64,000 nucleotides of DNA from Balanoglossus misakiensis (lineage: Eukaryota; Animalia; Hemichordata): NCBI GenBank assembly GCA_040954595.2, contig CM082584.2, forward strand, positions 7,893,919 through 7,957,918, read 5' to 3'. The notes below the pieces were generated by a model. It was not told the DNA's origin, did not search any database, and saw only the letters and a program-made list of their open reading frames with translations. Below, one piece after another: positions 14,554 through 25,400 of the stretch. Numbering within the stretch: position 1 is the stretch's first letter; the number at the start of each line of letters is the position of its first letter. The position numbers were made by a program, and so were the translations under genes.

Positions 14554-17246
14554 CTACCAGACTTTTGTTGTGATGTTGAGAGCATGTAGCAGCACGTGAA
14601 CAAAGCCCAAGATGTACATATAGCAAAACACGGCCACCAGTCCAATGTTGGGCGCTTGCAGGATAGTTTGCATAGACATATTGACAACACCTGTCATAAC
14701 ATTGGCCAACAGGAAGTAGAGCAGCTGATTCCGGTTGATCGCGGCCAATAAGCAGTACTTGCTCTCTGGAATAGAGGGAGCAATTCTTGGACCACCTGTA
14801 AGAGAATAACAGGGGTATACGGTAAGTGTCTATTGCCCCCATTGTATGAATGAAGTATTCATTCATTTAAAGAACACTGAAAATGCAGCGTAAAAAAACC
14901 TTTCATCCCCGGTTCCCTGTATATACCTTACTATGTTTGAATAATTCACGTTTCAAAGGACTAGTCTGCAATGTTCATCACACCAGATGCAAAACTCTAC
15001 ATGTACACCACTGCCCACCTTTGCCTTTGGTAGCGCTAGTTTTCTCTCCCTTCGTAGTTGGGTCAAATGATGCAATGAAACCCATGTCTGTGGCGAACAT
15101 GGTGATCAGCTCTGCCAGCAGGAAGGTACCCAACAAGTGGACACTGTAGGCAAACTAACAGGAAAAAAGAACAACCTGAAAATATGATCCAGTTACAAAA
15201 ATCTAAATTTCATTTGCATCCCAATTCCTAGCTGTGGTCATTTCTGTAGGACGTCTGCTTGAGATTTCAGTCTGTACGACTAGATAATGAGAATCAGACA
15301 CTTACAGACCATATGATGAAGGGTAGGTTGGCAGTCCGCCTAGACACAGGTTGGACCATCTCTGTGCAGAATGCATAGACCAACCAGAGGGTGGCGTTTA
15401 GCAGCAGTAGTAACACACATGCCTTACACCAGTCTTGGAACGTTGTCCTAATTTTAGGGGAGATGCGAATTTATTAAAAGGCAGTACTGAACTGCACAAG
15501 TGTGACTTTTATGTTTTGTTTATGTTGTTGTTTTACAAACATTTTGCAGTTGCTTGCTGTAGGTGTCAATATACTCATCAAGGCTATAATAGCTATATAC
15601 CTTTTCTTGAAGAGGAACATGCCAAGTTGAACACCAGCAAAGTACAAGGCCAGGTACCCAAAGGATGAGAAGACGCCCTCGCGGTTTGCATTCAGCAAGC
15701 CTTCCCTGGTGTCGTTACCATCACTGCCGTGCAAGACGAAGTGTTCCAGTCCATGATTGGTCAAGCAGTGTTGGTAACCTACGGCAACGGCCAATGAAAT
15801 AACCCAGCTCATCCTGGGACTGAAGAATGTTAAGACCAGTGTTGATAAAATCTGAAATCGAGACATAAAGTAAAATTTGAATTGAATTGTATTTCATTGA
15901 TGTCCTTCACCTAGCAAAAGGCACAATTTTAATTTCTAAACCTTGAAAATAACAAAGCTGACAAAATGAGACAATGATCTCACCCTGACTGCTGCCAAAG
16001 TAAAGAAGAAATTCCAGTGGACTCCGTACTCTGACACATGCTCGTGGTAGTCGGCTGCTTTCACTGATACAAGACGACCAAATCCGAGTACTAAAAGTGG
16101 AGTTGTGGATTTGACAGCTCTCAGTACATTCAGTGCCAAAGCAGAAAATCCTCTGGAGAAATAAATAGTACAATCAGACAATTAGATCTAAAATGTAGTT
16201 AGTCAAGAGACTTATGCATGGATAGGTTACAGTCAGGATTGTCAAGGAAGTAAACAACACTCAGTGACGATGCAAGGATACCGTATGTATAAGCTGGTTG
16301 ACAGTACCTGTTTTCTTTGTTCTTTCCCCTTGCTTCTGGAGACACGATGGCATTGCAAACAATAAACCCACCCACGCCGTAATCCATGAAGCCAGTGCCG
16401 TAGGTCTCTGTCTTGGCAAACCTCCGCGGAAAGATGACGAAGTCAACGGCAAGGATTGAAATGGCAGTGGCAACGAGGCCGAACGCTCGAAAGTGTGAAA
16501 TGAACGGCCTCTTGCCTTCAACTTTGCACTTCAGAGTGTTTGACAACGTTTTGAGAAATTGCTTGGGTTTCTGTGGTGTCTTTGCACTGGTTGCACGGCC
16601 TGTCATCAGAAGTCCAATGATCACACAGGCTTGTGCCAACATCACCACTTTTGTATGCTCGCTCCACACGGTGCAGCAAAGGATGATGGGAAACATGAGG
16701 AGTCCAAAGTCCAGCATGTAATTGGTCCTGGAAGGTTGAACAAACATTTGTAGAAACTAGAATTAGGAATGTTATATTGTTGTAAAAGGCATCATTGACT
16801 TCCCATGCACCTGCATATGAATAGACATAATACTGAAAAATGTGAAAATGGCACAAATTTAGGAAAAAACACACCTGGCTTAACTTTACAGTGGAAGATA
16901 CAACACAAAGCCTAACTTTTATTTTTGTTTTACTTTTTGGGGGTCAGGACGAACGCTGGATAGTTACATTCAGTTTCCAGTTGCTTTCTCACAGAATTTT
17001 TTTTTACACCGTTTGTTGCCATGGATACGCATATACAAATTCCCCCAACCATCCGTGACTGACTCACCATAGTCCAAGTCTCATTACGCTGCCGAATAAC
17101 CATGGCATCAATACATTCCGCAACAAAACACACACAGGAGCAGTACTGAGAACAAGTCCAACTTCCAGCGGTGTCGTGCCGTTCAAATTGCTGTAGAACT
17201 GTTCTTGAATTCTCCGATAGCTGTCGTCATCAATTCTGGGAAACAT
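14554..17246 (-). CDS. PIGW: GPI inositol acyltransferase PIG-W / GWT1 (about 7 exons)
   Basis: Family motifs: [15 protein letters not shown]; [35 protein letters not shown]; [19 protein letters not shown]; [19 protein letters not shown]; [14 protein letters not shown]; [21 protein letters not shown]. Canonical GT-AG junctions. Confidence 0.95.
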
Positions 17247-17580
17247 GTCGCCAATCAAAATGTGCGTTACTATTAAAAAGTGCTGTGAAAATTTGTCTGC
17301 AACTCTACTCCAGTTGTGCTATTTCGGTTGAGGCTAGAAATGCGTCTAAAAGGCAATAAAGATGGTCAAAGCAGTCGGGATTCCCGTTTCCTGGTTTCCA
17401 ATGCGCGCAGACATTTTGAATCGAATTTTCTACATTTGCGCAGGGTCACTCAAGTTTATGCGCACGATGTTTACTTCCGGTCTAACCTGAGCGGAGGTCA
17501 CGACAACAGTGCCATATCTACCTGCGGGAGCGATATATTCGTCCGTGTGTAGGGTTTGTCGGAGCAATTACAGAAAAACA
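17247..17580. promoter_or_regulatory. Bidirectional promoter PIGW/REX1BD
   Basis: 334 bp between divergent start codons; CpG-richer; NRF1-like TGCGCGCA (~17402) and ETS-like ACTTCCGG (~17473). Confidence 0.6.
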
Positions 17581-18918
17581 ATGACGGTAAAGGCTATGCG
17601 CATAATGGTGGTGCCACATCATCGATGTGTGTATGTGAGTGGGGTGGGGGTAGCTTCTGTGTTACGCAGCTGTATCGTTGGGGGGAGGGGCTGGGTAATC
17701 AGGCACCCCCACGGTTCAGCTGCGTACCACAGCTAGGGTGGGGTGGGGGGCTTGACCGGGGGTAGCCGCAATTACACCTCGAGCTACTGATCTGCAGCTG
17801 GGGGCTCTGGTTGCCAGCTTTACTGCATTTAATAAACAAGAGCACAACATGAAAACATTCCTGGAAATCGGACGAATAATTTTATGCAAAATTTGTCTCA
17901 TTATCAAAGGGAGAAGTAGCTGAAAGTGTGAAAGCATTGGTGAACACATTTTATGCTCTACAGGAAGAGAGAGTACAGGCATACAGGGTATTTGATGGGT
18001 AAGTAGTTGGCTACCTTTCCAATGGAATAGCATGTGTCAAAGAATTTGGGGTAAAAGAGGGGGTGTCAGAATGCATTTCCAGAAGACTTAATTTATTTGT
18101 TCAAGAATCACCAAAGAGCTGTATGTGTTTGCTTATCACTACACTGCATTGAAACCATATTCTTTGTGTTATACAGCCACCATCAAGAATACCTGGGTAG
18201 TGCTCCAAATTACAACTTTCCGAAGTACAGGCAAGCCGTCCACGAAGCCACGCAAGAGTTCCAGAGAATATCACAGGGTATCCTGGCATTGGAGGACAAG
18301 TTGCGGAATAGACACAACAGGAGCGATTTAGCGGTGTTCATCAGGCGAGTCCAAGATGAAGAAAAAACTAAACTCGAACTGGTGAGAAAATGATTTCCTG
18401 TCTTCATTGTATTATGAACATCACAGGAAGTTCAGTAGTGTTCAGTGCTTGTACCAGCATATCAAGGTTGTCGTCGCAAAAAAGCAGTGTCAGAAAGGCT
18501 CTCAGTAGTGTTTCTAGATTTATACAGTACCGGTAATATTCACTGAAAAATTACTAGATGTCTTATCATATTGCGTTGCCTTCCAGACAGCCCATATACA
18601 GTTGGCAAAACAAAACATGATAGACCATCCATACAATGACAGCCACAAGGAAGAATTTACTCAGCTCAGAAAAAGGTACATTTACAACTTTATGCTGTTG
18701 AATTCAGTGTCACACACACACACACATGTACTTGGGACTGTGACAACTTTTGTGCTAGTAATCAAAACAGTTAAAAGACCAACTTAATTTATGAAAAGAA
18801 ATACATCTTTCTGATTCACGTGTCTTATTCCGTTTTCAGGTTAATGAAAGTTGTTGATAACATCAATGAATGCTTAGAAGACCTCAGATATGAAACAGAG
18901 GACTTGGAAGAATGTTGA
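17581..18918 (+). CDS. REX1BD: Required-for-excision-1-B domain protein (C19orf60-like), 5 exons
   Basis: Spliced product MT|GEVAESVKALVNTFYALQEERVQAYRVFDG|HHQEYLGSAPNYNFPKYRQAVHEATQEFQRIS..VQDEEKTKLEL|TAHIQLAKQ..|LMKVVDNINECLEDLRYE..; QEER..AY, YR..VHE.T..F..IS and INE.L.DLRY match the REX1-B family. The two-codon first exon is inferred. Confidence 0.85.
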
Positions 18919-19634
18919 CCAGTACGCAAACCATATGAACTGCACCATGTCTCTCAAGTGGTTGTTTGAGATTTTCCAATTTCATGCAAGACACTGAATA
19001 ATTACATGCAGGGGTTTACAAAGCATCCAAATTCCTGGACGATTGGAACAAGACGTTTCCACAGCTAGAACTCAAACCATGGGAATTGCGGTCTCCAACT
19101 GGTATTTGCATTTGGAGTTCCCATCAAGCTCATTACTGGGCAACTGGTCCCCCAGTGATTGTGTACAATTAAAGGAATCAAGCTACCAACACAAATGTCC
19201 ATTAATTAGTATCTTTATTGGATATTTGAAATAAAGGACATGTAACACGTTTGAACCCATACATAGCTAGACTTGAAGTACAAAATATGAAAGGGTTTTT
19301 ACCAGCCCTTTACATCAAATTTCTTTTTATTTTTAGAACAGATTTCGATCTGTTTTAAGTCAAACTTTTACGCTTGGTCATGTTGCAGTATGGTTCACAC
19401 ATGTTTAACTTTGTATCACGATGGTGAACAGTTTGAATCCTTGTTGGAGATTGATAGCATGTTTGAAGTCACATTTCACTTTTCCATTGAGATGATCAGG
19501 TTTTTTTTCCATTCATTCAAAACAAGATGCTGTACAAAAAAGAAAGCTTCCTACAAAATAAGTTTAAGACGTTCCCCGCTCTTCCATTATATTAACCCCC
19601 TCCCCCCACTGACAAAATGTGACAGCTGAATCTC

Positions 19635-21022
19635 CTATGCCTCTTCTTTTGACGGAGCGTCAAAGTTGTCAACCAAATCTGAAAAAAAGGGATACGTGAA
19701 GTTAAAATTTGAAACTGCTATTCCCTCAGTTCCCCTAGTATTGGATCAGATTCCCCCTGGAGTACCAATGTAGCTGTGATGTGGCACAGCAACACGGGTA
19801 CTGGCGAAGTGCTTTTGTTAAGGGTAGTAAACTGATGTGTCCCAATGGTAACCTGGTAATTTTACTGGATTCCCCTGGATGTATCTATGTATCTATATAA
19901 AATGTGTAGCAGAAATATTACCAGGTATCAAAAAGCATTTACAATGTTCCTGGACACTGGTCTCGCCCCTAAACTAGTATTTACCCATGATTGCAAACCC
20001 TGGCAGAGAATCACTCTGAGCTTACTTACCAGGTACTTCTTCATCATCTTCATCAATCTCTTCAGCAATGTGTGCCCCTCTCTCTCCAGACTCCTGGACA
20101 GGCATTTTCTCTGCTAACTTGCGAATACTGGCCAAATTGTCTGTACCCTACGGTGGAAGAGAAAAGGGAGCGAAACGACACACATTAATTAAGCAATCAG
20201 TTTATTTTCACTTCACACAGACAAAATATTTGCACACATAAGATGCAAGTTAATACTTCTGCATTTTTTACACAACTGGTTCTTTGACCTTTCATGGTCA
20301 CATGACCTCAAAAGGTCATAGACACACAGGTAAGCTGCCATTTTCCAAAATTCATTTGAAAACGCACTTATGAAAGTTGCATAATGTAGCTTATTGTTGC
20401 CTGTCAGTTCTTGTTTACTAAGCATGAGCTTGTCTTTACCACCAGCTAAATTTTTAGCACTTGCGCAAAGACAGCTACTATCCCTTTTATAAACAAATGA
20501 CTAAATATAGATTTTTTATTTTTGAGATACTTACCAGTTGATTAAGAATGCTTGGGATCATTTCTGTTATCTGTTTGTTTTCTGCTTGACCACTGACAGC
20601 AAATGTATTGGCAGCTAAGGAAGCTTGAACTTTGGGGTTTGTAAAATGTATCACCGTACCGTCATCTTTTATCATATTAACCTGAAAAGTTAACAGTAAA
20701 AACAACACAAATGAAAACCTCCCGGGGACACGATCGTGATAGCAACATGGAAGCAATCAGAAATTGCAACTTCTTCTGATTCTGCACACTTTGAACACAT
20801 CATTTCATTAGTTTACCTACATTTAGATAATGTAGGAATTCTTACCTCTTCTATTCCGGGTATATTATTAACTGCAAGTTTTTTCAGTGAATTTTGAAGT
20901 TTTTTGTCATCTGTCGTGGCCGTCCTGTGCACAACCTTTTTCTTTCTACGTGCTGAACCTTTTCCACCTATTCTCACTTGGGCAGCCTGTGCCTGTAACT
21001 TTTGTAATTTTTCAGGATTCAT
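19635..21022 (-). CDS. BTF3L4: NAC beta subunit / BTF3 homolog (BTF3L4-like), 4 coding exons plus a non-coding exon 1 ending at about 21861
   Basis: [59 protein letters not shown]|[29 protein letters not shown]..|..DEDDEEVP|[22 protein letters not shown] resembles BTF3L4 more than BTF3; probably the single pro-ortholog of both. Confidence 0.95.
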
Positions 21023-21861
21023 GCTGAATTTTTTTGGGTTGCTGTTGCTATCCTGTGAATGAATGGAAAATGACAAGTGCTCAGTGTATATCTATAGGAC
21101 ATGTGCACGTTAATGAGTGGGATATAGTAATATTCATGTTATGCCCATTATACAAACATATACATGTAATATGGTACCAGTTGAGCTGTAACTCTTGGTA
21201 CATTATATAAATGATCCATGAAACAAAAATTATGTAAATGTCAAAAAGGAGTGATTATTCCCAGAATCCCTTGGCAGAAGATGGCATACATTGTGTAGTC
21301 AATGGTGTTCTCAAGTTGGTTACATGACATGCCATACATGTGTTGAGAAGCCATCATGTTAGATTATTGTCGTGTCCAGTTGGCTACCAGGCCAAGACAG
21401 TACTATTAAATCTTTAGAAGTGAAGAACAATGTGCACTCTAATTCAACAATGAAGGGGGCGCTCTTGGGACGTCTCCAACGCCAACACAGTTGACGACCA
21501 ACTTTTAACACAACTTGCTTGCTTGAGTTCCGTTCGTATCACCGTCCCTGATTCAATTCGATGCTGCTGTGCAATATATACACTGATTTTGTTTATTGAA
21601 CAAAGTGATCACACTACTTCACAAGTTTTGACAGTACAGAATCACCACGTGATTGGACACACAACATCGAAACTTCGATATCCACCACATTCAGAGGAAT
21701 GTGTCATTGCATGCATGACGTGATACATTTCAACAACGCAAACTAAATAAATTCACGGCTCGATTCTGACCAAGGGATCGAAAACACGCACCACATCGTT
21801 CTCAAGAACTCATTCCCCTAAGAAAATGTACCCGAAAACTTAAATTAACGACAGACTCACC

Positions 21862-22487
21862 GAGAAACATGGGCAAGCACTCAACAATCTTCGCTCACGA
21901 GGATCAAAATGGCTGACCTGTGACGACACTGGCAGGGTTTCCCAAGTTGACCTTTAGGATCGGGTCGATGTCGGGTTATCGTTAGCGTTCTGAAACTAGC
22001 CCGTTTATCCGAATCTGCCGTTTCACTATTTCAAAAAAATCAGTAATAAGTCTCCCAAAATTAGTGTGTACGTTTTCTTGGCAAAAAGTTTGACAAAGGG
22101 GTCAAGAGCCTCGGTTTTGACAATCTCTGCCTTTGCGTGTATTGTTCCATCAATTGATTGCCACCCCTAGGATCTCCAATCTTGTGGGTTATGCATGAAG
22201 TGACGTCTTACATCGAAAAAGATTATTAAAATATAAAAAACAAAGCAAAAGTCTTTTATAATTGTGGAAATTATGTTTTGTTCTCTTCGTTCTAGTCGGG
22301 AAACTGGAAATAGTCTGTAATGTATATTTCACAGTAATGTATATTTCTGAGGGGAGTTAATGAGAAATGGAACAGCGTCGGCGTTCGAAGAGACAAAAGG
22401 CGCGAATCCTTTGGTTCGTCATTGCAGCTGACAGTTCGCTCTCCGCAATCGGTCTTTGTGTAACCGGGAAATTGATCAGCGACCAGC
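21862..22487. promoter_or_regulatory. Bidirectional promoter and 5' UTRs of BTF3-like/NASP
   Basis: Divergent first exons; YY1-like CAAAATGGCT (~21905), CCAAT (~22176), E2F-like GGCGCGAA (22399-22406). Confidence 0.55.
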
Positions 22488-25400
22488 ATGGCTTCTACTT
22501 CTGCAGCACCGGTAGCAGCCGAAACAAGGTTAGGTGTATGTTAGAAATTTAGGATAATGTTTACACTGTCCTACGCCTGTGCGTGAAATCTACCCGAAGT
22601 TTTTTTTCATACGCACAACATACGAATTGAAATGGATTAGTGTCAGTGAGGAAGTGTGGGCAACCGGCATCTAGCCTTTGAACGTGCCATGTGTTATCCC
22701 CGGCGAACTTTGATACCGAAGTTACCGAATTTATGCCCATTAGAATAAAAGTGCATCTTAGAAAGTTTGAAATAACGTAGTTTGAAACTTAAATTGACCT
22801 GAATAGCTGGGTATTTTGACCGACGTGCAATTTTCGCGGGAAATCCCAGCGCTGTCAAGGACAGGTCAGTGTGTACATATCATCATAATGCGAAACAAAG
22901 ACTGCTGGTAATGCCAATAATGCATATAACGTGGTAGTCGCCAACTACATACTCTCTGCAAGTTTCTACCTTCAATATGGAGAGGGGATATCACTGACAT
23001 TTTTGCGGAATTGAAACATATTATTTCAGTGTGTGGATCATGATTGGCGTGCAGTGTGCGACATTTAAATTTCTTTTGTTTTCAGCAGTGGACTCAACTC
23101 AGGCCTTGTTTAAAACCGTTTATGATTACCATATAACGGTATAAGTAATTATTAATATGTCACAATTGCATTACAAAACCCCTGATGTGATTGTTTACCT
23201 TTAAATTTAGGCTTTGCAAAAAGCAAGGCCATAGTATGCATTGTAAAAACAACAGCCAAACCAGCTCAGATGATAGTTTGAAGATTGTTAGGGGATTTTT
23301 AAATGACAAATATGTGTGCAGATCCCATTTTTTAACAAGAACCATTTCTTGATAATCTAGCTCGGACATTGACGTGGAAGCAGTGAAGCTGATGGGTCAA
23401 GGTAAACGTCACCTGGTCATGGGAGAGGTGCCGGCCGCGGTCAACTGTTTTCAAGAGGCAGCTGAGCTTCTGTGAGTATTGCTGAGTTTGCATGTGATCT
23501 GTGCAAGATGGGAGTTGAGGTGTATTAATAATCAAGCTTTCAGTATGTTTCAGTGAGAATCCTCTGTCAAGCTAATCTAAGTAACCAAAATTATGTCAAT
23601 AGTGATGATTTGATCCCCCTAACAACAAAAGCACAAAAAAACAATAATAAAAGTAGCATACGTTATTACATATATATTCTGATCGCCAAGCAACATTTCC
23701 TGATTAATTGATGTACAGGGGTGCAAAATATGGAGAGACTGCAACCGAATGTGGAGAGGCGTATTTCGACTACGGGCGAGCTCTGCTGGAGCTTGGACGA
23801 ATGGAGACGGGGGTGCTGGGGAATGCGCTGGAAGGGGTGCCCGAGGAGGAGGAAGAGGAGGATGACGACAATGAAGAGGGCGGCGAAGAAAAAATTGGAA
23901 AACCTGACAAAGTCACAGGTATGCGAGATGTTTCTTCTCAGAACAGAAGGGGGGGGGGGGGTGATTATTTGCCATGGACTGTCTGAAGTCTTGTATTGTC
24001 TTGTATATGAGATAGTGGTCTTTTGGTGTGTTCAGCATTGATGGTGGGGAGATACGGTAAAGGGAATCCTTGTGGTAAGGGTAGCACTGGGTGTGGGTGC
24101 ATGATTAACTGTTACATTCATTGTGTCATGTGTAATTCCCTGTAGCATAGCAACTGCCGGAGCTGTGAAATCTACACTTAATCCGATTCTTGAGAAACCA
24201 GGGTCAAGCCAGTTCAATCGTGATTTATTCTAGGACTGTTGAAAGTGAATGGAAGTTATCGACAGTTTTATATGACCTACATTAACTGACAAAACATTGC
24301 TTAGGTTATCTCGGGGTTGTACCTTGCAAAAGATTGAATCAATGCTGTCCATGTTTTCATCATACAATTGGGAGATGGTAATAACTAGTAAAGGTTTATG
24401 ATCTACTAGTAGTTTACATGCATTTTGGACTCTTTCCATGCTGTTTATTGTTGATCAGGCGAAGAGAGGGAGAAAATCAGTGACGAGGTCATTGACGCCA
24501 TGATGAAAAAAGACGAAGAGAAAGACAATAAAGAACAAAGCGAAAAAGATGACGCAAAAGACGGAGAAAAATCAGACAAAATTGAGCAGTCAGGGAAGTC
24601 TGAGAAAGATGCAGAGAAATCAGAGAAAGTTGAGGAGGGTGAAAAGAAAGATGAAAAGTTAGATGAGGCAAAATCAGAGGAAAAGATGGAGCAAGGCGAC
24701 GATGCAGAGAAAAAAGAAACTGAAAAATCTGAGGCAAAAGAGGATAAAAGTGAAACTGAACAGACTGAAAAGAAAGGTGACATTTTTAGGTTTATTATAC
24801 ATTTAATGCATGCTGGTTAATCGCACGTAATCTTAGGTTTTAATTTGGTAAATTTTAGCATGTAATGTTTTTTTTTAATTTGTAATAGTTTTAGCACATA
24901 TAATTTAAGTCAATGCACATTTTGCTTTGCTCTAATTAGTGAAATATGTGTCCCTGTATCTTTCCTTTAATGTGTTGAGTGTGCATAAATAAGATAAAAT
25001 AAAATTCAAGCATTTCTTACTTAATTGGTAACTGTTTAAAGGACAGCTGACCAAAAGTGTTTTGTCTACTTCAGTGCCACTACAAAGCACAAGCAAGGCA
25101 GCTTAGGATACTTTTTGCGCCTGGGCTGCTGCTAGTCTGCTTAGAATGCAAATTCATGCACTGATAATTATAAGCTGTGTATAAATGGGATAGGCGCAGG
25201 TACAGAGAATATCGATGGCTGCGTGACCTTGACAGTGTTCATGGCAGAACAAGTTGCCAGGAATAGACACCAGCCACCCACAGTTCCGTATGGAATTCTC
25301 AAGAAAGTGATGCATAAAAGCAAAACATTCTGCAGCCAGAATTATCTGCGTGTCTAATTTAGTTCTGCTAATGATGGTTTACATTGATTTCTTCATAGAT

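Noticed and set aside
20380-21410. Hairpin plus ACA patterns in BTF3 introns (minus strand, ~20382-20480 and ~21291-21405)
   Set aside because: H box missing or pocket-to-ACA spacing non-canonical, so not supportable as snoRNAs.
23595-23712. GTGATGA..CTGA box C/D-like pair in a NASP intron
   Set aside because: A-rich low-complexity interior, weak terminal stem and no convincing antisense element.
25020-25285. Telomerase-RNA interpretation of the pseudoknot plus H/ACA candidate
   Set aside because: No telomeric template (e.g. CTAACCCTAAC) upstream and no CR4/5-like domain.
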